A stretch of 64,000 nt of DNA from assembly GCA_965237905.1 (NCBI GenBank), contig OZ250172.1:288001-352000 (forward strand), written 5' to 3'. Made by a program: the position numbers and the translations under genes. The notes beneath the pieces were generated by a model, which searched no databases, was not told the DNA's origin, and saw only the letters and a list, made by a program, of their open reading frames with translations. The DNA is from Nitrospinaceae bacterium. GTDB lineage: Bacteria > Nitrospinota > Nitrospinia > Nitrospinales > Nitrospinaceae. Shown piece by piece: positions 40,242-49,081 of this stretch (position 1 is the first letter of the stretch; each line of letters starts with the position of its first letter).

Positions 40242-41129
40242 ATGTCTTGGTTAGAAAGAATCATATCGAAAACCGGTATGGGGGAAAAAGTCCCCAAAAC
40301 CCTGGAACCGTCGTGGCTCGAGTGCAAAAAATGCAAGGAACAGATCCTTGAAGTGGAATTGGCCGAGAATGCCTACATTTGCCCGAAGTGCGACAATCAT
40401 TTCCGCATGAAGGCCATGGACCGCATCCGGTTATTGGTCAATCCCGATTCGTTCGAGGAACACGATCATAACCTGACCTCCGCCGACCCGATCAAATTCA
40501 AAGACAAAAAGAAATACAAGGATCGCATTAAAAGTTCACTCAAAACCGGAGGAAGTACCGATGCCATTGTATGCGGCACCGGAAAAATCGGCGGCCATGA
40601 AGTGGAACTGTGCGTATTCGATTTCTTCTTCCTGGGCGGCAGTATGGGCTCGGTGGTGGGTGAGAAAATCACCCGCGGTATTGAACGGGCCATCCGCAAC
40701 GAAAGAGCCGTGATCATCGTCAGCTGTTCCGGCGGCGCACGTATGCAGGAAGGTATTCTCTCCCTCATGCAAATGGCGAAAACCTCCGCCGCCCTGCAAC
40801 GCTTGGCGGAAAAACAACTGCCTTACATTTCTGTTTTGGCCGATCCCACTACCGGCGGCGTGTCCGCCAGTTTCGCGTTTCTGGGGGATATCATCATCGC
40901 CGAACCCAACGCCCTGATCGGGTTTGCCGGACCGCGAGTCATCGAACAAACCATCCGCCAGAAACTCCCCGAAGGCTTCCAGCGTTCCGAATTCCTATTG
41001 GAGCACGGTCTCATCGATCAGGTGGTGCACCGCAAAGAATTGCGCAACCACCTGGATAACCTGCTGTGCCACATGAAAAACACCCCCATTATAAAAACTG
41101 ACATTGTAGTAGAAGCCGAAGCGGAATAA
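40242..41129 (+). CDS. accD: Acetyl-CoA carboxylase carboxyltransferase beta subunit
   Basis: C4 zinc finger, GGSMGSVVGEK, SGGARMQEG, PTTGGVSASFA. Confidence 0.96.
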   Translation: MSWLERIISKTGMGEKVPKTLEPSWLECKKCKEQILEVELAENAYICPKCDNHFRMKAMDRIRLLVNPDSFEEHDHNLTSADPIKFKDKKKYKDRIKSSLKTGGSTDAIVCGTGKIGGHEVELCVFDFFFLGGSMGSVVGEKITRGIERAIRNERAVIIVSCSGGARMQEGILSLMQMAKTSAALQRLAEKQLPYISVLADPTTGGVSASFAFLGDIIIAEPNALIGFAGPRVIEQTIRQKLPEGFQRSEFLLEHGLIDQVVHRKELRNHLDNLLCHMKNTPIIKTDIVVEAEAE

Positions 41130-41219
41130 CCCCTCTTTTTCAAAGACTTCATATTTTCCTTTGACATTTCATAGATAATAGTAGAATTGGCCTTATCTTT
41201 CGAACTGCACAAAGAAATC

Positions 41220-41903
41220 ATGAATCAGTATTTTGACATTTTAAAACTGCCGCCGGGCGCTTCCTGGAAGGAAATCAAACGCGCCTACAAGTCTGAGGTC
41301 AAGCGCTGGCATCCCGACCGGTTTCCAGCGGATGATACCAAGGCTCAAAAAAAGGCCCACGCGAAATTCCAGAAAATCGGTGAAGCCTACAAGTTCCTGG
41401 AAAAGGTGTATGGCACTCGGTCGCGATCCAGATTTAAGGATGATCAACCTCCCAACTCCGCCCAGCGTCCTTTTTCAGCCGAGGACCCGACCCAGGACAG
41501 GGAAACCGAAAGAGGTCGGCATTCGTCCACCCGAGAGTCCCAGGAAGCACAAGGATTCTTCACCCGTTCCTGGCCCAATGGCGACATGTATGAAGGGCAG
41601 ATCATTAATGAAATGCCGCATGGCATGGGAATCTACACCTCCGCCAACGGCGACAAATATACGGGACAGTTCAAATACGGCAAGGCCGACGGGCAGGGAA
41701 AAATGGTGTACGCCAGCGGGGATTCGTATACCGGTGAGTTCCGGGAAGATACCATGAGCGGCAAGGGGAAATACAACTACGCCAACGGCGACCGGTACAT
41801 GGGCCAGCTCCTCAATGATTTGCCACACGGCGAGGGAGTTCATATTCTGGCGAGCGGCCAGGTCTACGCAGGACAATGGGAATACGGCCAATTGCTGGCT
41901 TAA
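41220..41903 (+). CDS. J-domain protein fused to MORN repeats
   Basis: WHPDR J-domain, C-terminal YxGxF..GxG.Y..ANGD MORN repeats. Confidence 0.85.
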   Translation: MNQYFDILKLPPGASWKEIKRAYKSEVKRWHPDRFPADDTKAQKKAHAKFQKIGEAYKFLEKVYGTRSRSRFKDDQPPNSAQRPFSAEDPTQDRETERGRHSSTRESQEAQGFFTRSWPNGDMYEGQIINEMPHGMGIYTSANGDKYTGQFKYGKADGQGKMVYASGDSYTGEFREDTMSGKGKYNYANGDRYMGQLLNDLPHGEGVHILASGQVYAGQWEYGQLLA

Positions 41904-41927
41904 CCGCACACTAAAACCTCATCCATT

Positions 41928-41968
41928 AAAAAAAGCGCCCGGCATCATCTGCCAGGCGCTTTTGTTTT
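41928..41968. terminator. Bidirectional terminator
   Basis: A7-GCGCC.GGCA-loop-TGCC.GGCGC-TTTT between convergent genes. Confidence 0.75.
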
Positions 41969-41985
41969 CGTGACTTAGTGAGAAT

Positions 41986-42936
41986 TTAAATCCCGAGACT
42001 GTTCACCGCATCTTCAAGAGACATGGCGGTGCAGGTGAAAATCGGCGTGTCCTCTAGGGTAAAGCGGCTGCCTTCGGTTTCTCTCAGGTCCATGACCAGG
42101 TCGACGAAATCGTCGGGAGAATCGGTTTCGAACGCCACCACGAATTCGTAGTCGTCGATGCCGAAGGAATAGGTGGTGTTCAGTTTGACCGAGGGATACT
42201 TGTTGCCGATGAAAATATGTTCGTCCATGATGCCCTGCCGCGCAAACTTAGTGAGCAGGTACCATTCGCGTTTCTTGGTGAAGGGGTAGATGAACAGGTA
42301 CTTGGCTTTGCCGGGAATGATGTGCGTCCGGTCTTCTTCATGCTCCGGATTGAAGATGTCCATGTACATGGATCGTTTGGTCTGTGAAAAATACGAATAG
42401 GTCTGGACAAGATATTTCCCCAGGCCGGTGCGGTACATTTTGGTGGTCATCTCCTGAAAATTTTCCATCCGATGGGAAACTCTCCAGAACATGATTTCCG
42501 CATCGGCACGAATGCCCATGGTGGTGTAGCTGAGCACGATTATGTCACGCCGGTTGTCATATTCTTCCAACACTTCCATAAATTCTTTTTTGCCCTTGTC
42601 GATTTCTTCCTGAGGCAGACGGCGGAACGCCGGGTCCAATTTGAAGAACGAAAAATTGACGAACTGTCGGGGCGCCTGTTTCTCATCTTTGGTTGCCGCC
42701 TGTCTTTTGGCCTGCGCCTCGGCAACGGCCCCCGCTTCGCGTTCCTGGCGGGCGCGGGAAACCACGTCGTCGTTTATCACTTCGATGCTCTTATCCTTGG
42801 CGTATTGTTCGATCCCCCGCACCACACTTTTACGGACGAAAAAGGGAACATTCAGCATCCGGGCTCGGGCGTCTTCCGTCCAATTCAGCTCGGTGGCGGG
42901 CATCAATTCATCAAGTTCTTTATCATCAATCGCCAT
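41986..42936 (-). CDS. Chlorite dismutase-family protein, coproheme decarboxylase (ChdC/HemQ)-like, with N-terminal PCP_red-like domain
   Basis: WTEDARARMLNVPFFVRKSVVRGIEQYA N-terminus, YPFTKKREWYLL, MDEH, NTTYSFGIDDYEFVVAFE. Confidence 0.82.
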   Translation of the reverse strand: MAIDDKELDELMPATELNWTEDARARMLNVPFFVRKSVVRGIEQYAKDKSIEVINDDVVSRARQEREAGAVAEAQAKRQAATKDEKQAPRQFVNFSFFKLDPAFRRLPQEEIDKGKKEFMEVLEEYDNRRDIIVLSYTTMGIRADAEIMFWRVSHRMENFQEMTTKMYRTGLGKYLVQTYSYFSQTKRSMYMDIFNPEHEEDRTHIIPGKAKYLFIYPFTKKREWYLLTKFARQGIMDEHIFIGNKYPSVKLNTTYSFGIDDYEFVVAFETDSPDDFVDLVMDLRETEGSRFTLEDTPIFTCTAMSLEDAVNSLGI

Positions 42937-43132
42937 GGTTTAATCTCTACGAATTAGGTTGGTAAGGTGTAAACAAATTATACTATAATCGATTGAAATA
43001 TCAATTCGATTGTATTTTCAGGACGAGTCCTTTCAAGACCTGTAATTTGAAAGATTTTCGTGCCCTCCTTTGGATGTCATATAATAAACTTTGGGTCCCA
43101 CATTTTCAACATCAAACCCCCGTTTGGGCGAT

Positions 43133-44335
43133 ATGAAAACACAGCAATTCATCGACCTTGAAGATCAGTATGGAGCTCATAATTACAAACCCTTAGACGT
43201 GGTCCTGTGCCGGGGCAAAGGCATCTGGGTATGGGATGTGGAAGGCAATAAGTATCTGGATTGTCTCTCAGCCTATTCCGCGGTCAACCAGGGCCATTGC
43301 CATCCACGCATCCTGAAGGCCCTGAAAGAGCAGGCCGAACAATTGACCCTGGTGTCCCGGGCCTTCCGGAACGATCAACTGGGACCGTTTTACAAGGAAA
43401 TATGCGAACTCACCCGGTCTCACACGGTTTTACCCATGAACAGCGGAGCCGAAGCGGTCGAGTCGGCCATCAAAGCGGTCCGTAAATGGGGCTATGAAGT
43501 CAAACAGGTTCCAGACGGTCAGGCCGAGATTATCGTCTGCGCCAACAATTTTCACGGCCGAACCCTGACCATTGTCGGATTCAGCACGGAGGAACAATAC
43601 CGGCAGGGATACGCGCCCTTCACTCCCGGCTTCAAAATCATCCCGTTCGGCGATGCTGAGGCCCTCGAACAAGCTATAACTCCCCACACGGTCGGTTTTC
43701 TGGTGGAGCCCATTCAGGGGGAAGGCGGGGTGATCGTCCCGCCCACAGGTTACCTGAAAGATGCCCGCCGCATCTGTGATGACAATAACGTCATCCTGAT
43801 CCTCGACGAGATCCAAACCGGGCTGGGGCGAACCGGCAAGCTGTTCGCGGAAGAACATGAAGGCATCGAATCGGACCTGACCATTGTCGGTAAAGCGCTG
43901 TCGGGAGGTTTTTATCCCATCTCCGCGGTGCTGTCCAACAAAGAGGTGCTGGGCGTGTTCAAACCGGGAGACCACGGGAGCACGTTCGGCGGCAACCCTC
44001 TCGCCTGTGCGGTGGCACGGGAAGCGTTAAAAATACTGGTGGAGGAAAATCTGATCGAAAATTCCGCCGAACTGGGTGCCTATTTTATGGATCGACTGCG
44101 GGAAATTGCGTCTCCTCACGTTAAGGAAATCCGCGGGAAAGGCTTGATGATCGGCGTCGAACTGCATCCCCAAGCCGGAGGCGCCCGGCGATTCTGCGAA
44201 GCTCTACAGACCAAAGGGCTGCTATGCAAAGAAACTCATGAGCACGTGTTGCGCATTGCTCCGCCGCTGATTATCCAGAAAGCGGAGATCGACTGGGCGC
44301 TGGAACGTATTGCCGATACGTTGAACCAAAAATGA
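43133..44335 (+). CDS. rocD: Ornithine--oxo-acid aminotransferase
   Basis: [58 protein letters not shown]. Confidence 0.95.
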   Translation: MKTQQFIDLEDQYGAHNYKPLDVVLCRGKGIWVWDVEGNKYLDCLSAYSAVNQGHCHPRILKALKEQAEQLTLVSRAFRNDQLGPFYKEICELTRSHTVLPMNSGAEAVESAIKAVRKWGYEVKQVPDGQAEIIVCANNFHGRTLTIVGFSTEEQYRQGYAPFTPGFKIIPFGDAEALEQAITPHTVGFLVEPIQGEGGVIVPPTGYLKDARRICDDNNVILILDEIQTGLGRTGKLFAEEHEGIESDLTIVGKALSGGFYPISAVLSNKEVLGVFKPGDHGSTFGGNPLACAVAREALKILVEENLIENSAELGAYFMDRLREIASPHVKEIRGKGLMIGVELHPQAGGARRFCEALQTKGLLCKETHEHVLRIAPPLIIQKAEIDWALERIADTLNQK

Positions 44336-44360
44336 TTTCCCTCAGGGAAGGTGACCAAGC

Positions 44361-44888
44361 ATGTCTCAAGTAGTTCTCATTCAGGGAAGTCTTAACAAAG
44401 AATCGCGAACGGCGGTGCTGATCGACCATGCGGCCGCGGAAATAAAGCGTGCCGGCCTCGAGGTAGGTCATCTGGACTTGAGAAACATCCAAATGGAATT
44501 TTGTGACGGGCGATCGCTCAAGGAATATCACCCGGAGATGCAACAAGCGTATCAGACGATGGAAGCGGCGGATGCCTTTGTCATTGGAATGCCGGTGTAC
44601 TGTTATTCCGTTTCCGGCCCTCTGAAAAACTTTATCGATATCACCAGCGGTGCCATGGAAAAGAAAATCGCCGGTATTCTCTGCAACGCCGGTGGCAAAC
44701 AGTCCTATATGGCCTCGGCAGACCTGAGCAACATCCTGGCCTACGAATCACATGTCACCACTGTGCAGCCCATCGTCTACAGCAGTTACGAGGATTACGA
44801 CGATCAAACCCTTACCGCCGTCAAGGTCAAATCCAAAATTCGGGAATTGGTGGACCATCTCACCCGACACTTGAAGAGCAACTCATGA
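44361..44888 (+). CDS. NADPH-dependent FMN reductase
   Basis: IQGSL..SRT, PVYCYSVSGPLKNFID. Confidence 0.87.
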   Translation: MSQVVLIQGSLNKESRTAVLIDHAAAEIKRAGLEVGHLDLRNIQMEFCDGRSLKEYHPEMQQAYQTMEAADAFVIGMPVYCYSVSGPLKNFIDITSGAMEKKIAGILCNAGGKQSYMASADLSNILAYESHVTTVQPIVYSSYEDYDDQTLTAVKVKSKIRELVDHLTRHLKSNS

Positions 44889-45529
44889 AACTTCCATCTT
44901 TTTTCATTTCAAAACAAAAGCACCCATGGACGTTTGGAATTGTTGTTCTCCTGGCGGTCGCCGCTTTCCGCATGACGGCCCCGAGCCCTTCCAACGGAGG
45001 AGTGGGTTTTGGACAGACCTTGTCTAAAGCGGCGCTGGAACGCACCACCCACACTGTTCGCTACGACGGCAGTTACAGGTCAATCTCTTACCCCAACGGA
45101 GATGTGCCGGAGAACACGGGGGTCTGCACGGATGTCGTGATTCGCAGTTATCGAGCCTTGGGAATCGACCTACAAAAACGAGTGCACGAGGAGATGAAAG
45201 CCGACTTCCAAGCCTTTCCCAACCGATGGGGCTTGAAAACCACGGACTCCAATATCGACCACCGGCGGGTACCGAACCTGCAGGTGTTTTTCTCCCGCAG
45301 AGGTCAATCGTTAAAGGTGACACACCATCCCAGGGATTACCAACCCGGCGATCTGGTGACCTGGCTACTGGACAATAACCTGCCGCACATCGGTATTGTG
45401 GTCGATCGACGCAGTGAAGACGGCAAAAGGCCGTTGATCGTTCATAATATTGGAGCCGGGCCGATGCTTGAGGATCGATTGTTTGAATTCAAAATCACCG
45501 GACATTACCGCTATACAGGCAATGAATAA
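44885..45529 (+). CDS. DUF1287 (YijF-like) protein
   Basis: YPNGDVP..GVCTDVVIRSYR, DSNIDHRRVPNL, HIGIV, HNIG. Confidence 0.9.
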   Translation: MKLPSFFISKQKHPWTFGIVVLLAVAAFRMTAPSPSNGGVGFGQTLSKAALERTTHTVRYDGSYRSISYPNGDVPENTGVCTDVVIRSYRALGIDLQKRVHEEMKADFQAFPNRWGLKTTDSNIDHRRVPNLQVFFSRRGQSLKVTHHPRDYQPGDLVTWLLDNNLPHIGIVVDRRSEDGKRPLIVHNIGAGPMLEDRLFEFKITGHYRYTGNE

Positions 45530-45989
45530 CCCAAGCCACCCTGTTCAAATCCGTGAAGGCCGACCGGAAGACGCCGCCATCATCGCCGAATACAATCAAC
45601 ACATGGCGTTGGAAACCGAAGGCAAAACGCTGGATTCCGAAACCGTGGGGAAAGGAGTGGAACAGGGATTGCTTCAACCGCAGAAATGCCGTTATTTTGT
45701 CGCGGAGGTCCGGGATACGGTGATCGGCCAGGCAATGGTTACCTATGAATGGAGCGATTGGCGCAACGGCGACCTGTGGTGGATCCAAAGTGTTTACGTG
45801 CACCCCGATTTCCGCCGACAGGGGATTTTCAAAAGACTCTACCAACACATCGAAACCCTGGCCCGAAAAGATACCAACGTGCGAGGCCTGCGCCTTTATG
45901 TCGAAGAAGAAAACGCTGGAGGTCAGGCTGTTTACAAAAAACTGGGCATGTCTCACGCCGGTTATCACGTCTACGAGAGTGAGTTTTAA
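45522..45989 (+). CDS. GNAT family N-acetyltransferase
   Basis: TYEWSDWRNG.WWIQSVYVHPDFRRQG. Confidence 0.9.
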   Translation: MNNPSHPVQIREGRPEDAAIIAEYNQHMALETEGKTLDSETVGKGVEQGLLQPQKCRYFVAEVRDTVIGQAMVTYEWSDWRNGDLWWIQSVYVHPDFRRQGIFKRLYQHIETLARKDTNVRGLRLYVEEENAGGQAVYKKLGMSHAGYHVYESEF

Positions 45990-46141
45990 GCCCTCTCCAG
46001 CCCCTCAACCTGTTTTCCCCATCCCCTGCCCCAGAAAGTACTTGGAGATTCATTTACATTTAGTTACCATATAAGTAATATAATTGAGCGAATCGTCCCG
46101 TAAACCGCAAAACAAGCCGCCATCTTTAGGGAGTAAAAATC

Positions 46142-48085
46142 ATGCGTTCCGGTAAAAGTCCTTCCCACCCCGGGAATTTTTCCAGGTTCAAGTATTCGGC
46201 AGGAATTTCCATGCTGTTCATATTTTTAGTGGGCTTCGTTTTCCAAGGATGTGTTGTCCATAAACACAGTAGTGGACGTAGTCATCGCCCTTACGTGAAG
46301 CCGGCACCCGTCATCTTTACCTTTAACAATCATCACCGGCACACGGTCCAGAATTATTACCACCGCCACCCTCACGGCAAAAGGCACAATTGGAAAAAAT
46401 GGAAATATAAAAGAAAAGCCTACTTATCTCGGGGAATACAGATGCGGGCAGTTCCTGTCGATTTAATTCGTCGGTTGCCACCGGCGCCCCGTGGGACACG
46501 ATATGGCTATTACGGCGACCAGGTGCTTCTGTTTGATGTGCAAACCCGTGTGGTACTGGATTTCATAAATATTCAGGTGTCGGTCGAACATCAGAACGCC
46601 TATAACCGGAAACCGGCTCCAAAAATCGTAGACCAAATGCCTTCCTATGAAGAGCAACACCCTTCGCAGAGCCATCAGCCGCCTTCACATTCCAATGCGT
46701 ATGAAGTTGCCAGGGGAAAACCCTTCACGCAAGACGAGCACCCCTCGTCCCATGGACAGGGTCACCGTATGGACAAAGGCAAACCCGATATGGGTGACGA
46801 TCATCCATCCCAGCATGCTAAAAACGATCGGGGTCGCGGCCAGCAAGGAAACAAAGGGAAACCCCTATGGGGAGACGACCGCACCTCGTCCCAGGGTCAA
46901 AACCATAGAATGGGTCAGGGGAGACCCGATCAAGGACAAGGTCATCCTTCTACCCACGCTAAAATGGATAAAGGCAAGCGGGGTGGACAGCAAGGGAAGC
47001 CTCAAAAAGATAAGAGTGGTCCTTCTGCCCACGCCAAATCAGATAAAGCCAATCGAGGTGGACCGCAACAAGGTAACCAAGACCGGCATGGCGGATCTCC
47101 CAAAGGTCACGATCGTCCAGGCAAGGGTAAACCTTCAATGGAAAGCCCGGATGATTCGGGATCACACCAGATGAACGCCAGGGGAAAACCGGATAAAGGT
47201 GGATCTCCAAAAAGTCATGATCGCCCAGGCAAAGGTAAACCTTCAATGGAAAGCACAGATGATTCGGGATCACACCAGATGGACGCCAGGGGAAAGCCGG
47301 ATAAAGGTGGATCTCCAAAAAGTCATGATCGCCCAGGCAAAGGTAAACCTTCAATGGAAAGCCCGGATGATTCCGGATCACACCAGATGGACGCCAGGGG
47401 AAAACCGGATAAAGGTGGATCTCCAAAAAGTCATGATCGCCCAGGCAAAGGTAAACCTTCAATGGAAAGCACAGATGATTCGGGATCACACCAGATGGAC
47501 GCCAGGGGAAAACCGGATAAGGGTGGACCCAAAGGTAGAGGAAAACAGAAAGACACGTTTGCCGATTCTTCAGAACAATCTTTCGCTCCTTCCGAGGAGA
47601 ACATTCAAATCGCCAAGGCTGAAAAGGGTCGCGGTAAAGGCAAACCCAAAGGCTCTGGCAAGCCGGAAAAAGCGAAACGGGGTAAACGCGAACAGCAGGC
47701 CGATATGACAGCTCCAGTGACACAACAGGAACCGGCCCCGAGCATGGCTCCACCGGCACCGGCCCCCACGACCACAGCCTCGTTCGCGCCGTCAGTATTT
47801 GATAATAATCAACGAAACATCATCCAGAGCTATTATCAAAATTCCGGCTCCAAGAAATCAGGTAAAGGCAAAGGGAAAAAATCCAGAGGTTCCAAAAGAA
47901 AGAAAACCTCTTCTGTAGCCAAGGGCAATATTCTGACTCAATCGACCGAACCTCTGCCGCGGAGCCTGGAATCACAACTGCCACCGCCGCCTCCCAACAC
48001 CAAGCGGGTGCTTTACAACCAGCAGGTGGTCCTCATAGAAAGAGGAACCAACAAAGTTCTGGATGTAATCAATGTGAACAATTGA
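46142..48085 (+). CDS. His/Gly/Lys-rich lipoprotein with two CigR/RcnB-like domains flanking a low-complexity tandem-repeat region
   Basis: Lipobox FQG|C, two F..n.R.....YY...LP..P....Y...V.L....T..VLD.I domains, SD GGAG. Confidence 0.78.
   Translation: MRSGKSPSHPGNFSRFKYSAGISMLFIFLVGFVFQGCVVHKHSSGRSHRPYVKPAPVIFTFNNHHRHTVQNYYHRHPHGKRHNWKKWKYKRKAYLSRGIQMRAVPVDLIRRLPPAPRGTRYGYYGDQVLLFDVQTRVVLDFINIQVSVEHQNAYNRKPAPKIVDQMPSYEEQHPSQSHQPPSHSNAYEVARGKPFTQDEHPSSHGQGHRMDKGKPDMGDDHPSQHAKNDRGRGQQGNKGKPLWGDDRTSSQGQNHRMGQGRPDQGQGHPSTHAKMDKGKRGGQQGKPQKDKSGPSAHAKSDKANRGGPQQGNQDRHGGSPKGHDRPGKGKPSMESPDDSGSHQMNARGKPDKGGSPKSHDRPGKGKPSMESTDDSGSHQMDARGKPDKGGSPKSHDRPGKGKPSMESPDDSGSHQMDARGKPDKGGSPKSHDRPGKGKPSMESTDDSGSHQMDARGKPDKGGPKGRGKQKDTFADSSEQSFAPSEENIQIAKAEKGRGKGKPKGSGKPEKAKRGKREQQADMTAPVTQQEPAPSMAPPAPAPTTTASFAPSVFDNNQRNIIQSYYQNSGSKKSGKGKGKKSRGSKRKKTSSVAKGNILTQSTEPLPRSLESQLPPPPPNTKRVLYNQQVVLIERGTNKVLDVINVNN
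47090..47521 (+). repeat. 4 x 108-bp coding tandem repeat (36 aa)
   Basis: GGATCTCC anchors at 47093, 47201, 47309 and 47417, with a partial fifth at 47525. Confidence 0.95.
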
Positions 48086-48257
48086 AATTTGGGCAGTTCG
48101 GGTCATCAACGAGGCCGCTTTTAAGCAAGCGGAATTCAAGGACAATCAAAAAAGATTTCGTATGACCCAGGGATTTGTTTAATATATTAGAAGGAAATAA
48201 AATTATCGTGAGGGGCTCACTGCAGGAATTTTATATTGTTTTATGGAGGTATTTGTT

Positions 48258-48518
48258 ATGCTTTTCGACGAAACTCAAAAGAGGCGCCCCACGACCCGCT
48301 TGACCTCTAAAGGAATTTTGGCTCCGGCTTGTCTGGGGTTGGCTTTTATATTTTTAGCGACCGTATTGATGTCCGGCTGTGTGGTCCACCACCAAGGGCA
48401 TGGGTATAAGCACCAGGGACATGGGTATAAGCGCGGTCATGGACACCACAAAAGCAAAATTAAAATAAAACCCGCTGTGGGGATTGCTGTTTCCCCCATG
48501 ATTGTCATTGACGATTGA
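48258..48518 (+). CDS. Small His-rich lipoprotein
   Basis: GGAGG SD, lipobox MSG|C, CVVHHQGHGYKHQGHGYK (2x21-bp repeat at 48390-48431). Confidence 0.72.
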   Translation: MLFDETQKRRPTTRLTSKGILAPACLGLAFIFLATVLMSGCVVHHQGHGYKHQGHGYKRGHGHHKSKIKIKPAVGIAVSPMIVIDD

Positions 48519-48536
48519 TTCAAGGAGAATCTATTT

Positions 48537-49067
48537 ATGCGTTCCGACAAATCCGACCCAATGAACCCAAACCTTCCGGTCCAGTCATCCTATATGAGGA
48601 CTCGAATCCGGATGGCTCCGTTTATAGCGATCCTGTTTCTGGCCGCCGTCTTTGCTTCGGGGTGCATTATACATGATCGCGGCCATCGATCTGGTCATTA
48701 CGTAGCTCCAGTCGCCGTCCAACCCCGTGTGGCGGTAGCTGTTCCGGCACCGATCACTTTTACTTTCACCGATAACCACAGGCATAGGGCCCGGGATTAT
48801 TACCACAAGCATCCTCGTCATCACGGCAAAAAACACAAAAAGCGCAAGTGGAAAAATAAAGGAAGAGGCCATTTGCCTCCCGGTCTGCGCAGACGGAGCG
48901 TACTGCCTCCGGGAATACAGATGCAAGTAGTACCCGTCGATTTAGTTCGTCAATTGCCACCGCTGCCTCGCAGCACACAATATGGTTATTATGACGACCG
49001 AGTGCTTCTGTTTAATGTGCAAACCCGTGTGGTACTGGATTTCATCAACATCTCGGTGGGATTTTAG
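48537..49067 (+). CDS. His-rich lipoprotein with CigR/RcnB-like domain
   Basis: Lipobox ASG|C, LPPGL..LPPGI..LVRQLPPLP. Paralogous to the N-terminus of 46142. Confidence 0.8.
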   Translation: MRSDKSDPMNPNLPVQSSYMRTRIRMAPFIAILFLAAVFASGCIIHDRGHRSGHYVAPVAVQPRVAVAVPAPITFTFTDNHRHRARDYYHKHPRHHGKKHKKRKWKNKGRGHLPPGLRRRSVLPPGIQMQVVPVDLVRQLPPLPRSTQYGYYDDRVLLFNVQTRVVLDFINISVGF

Positions 49068-49081
49068 ATCTGGCGAAAGAA

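Noticed and set aside
41161..41187. TTGACA...TAGAAT promoter
   Set aside because: Spacer is only 15 nt, so not called.
46647..47759. Alternative-frame repeat ORFs; possible CRISPR-like array
   Set aside because: Contiguous 108-bp units without unique spacers, in frame within one CDS. No cas genes.
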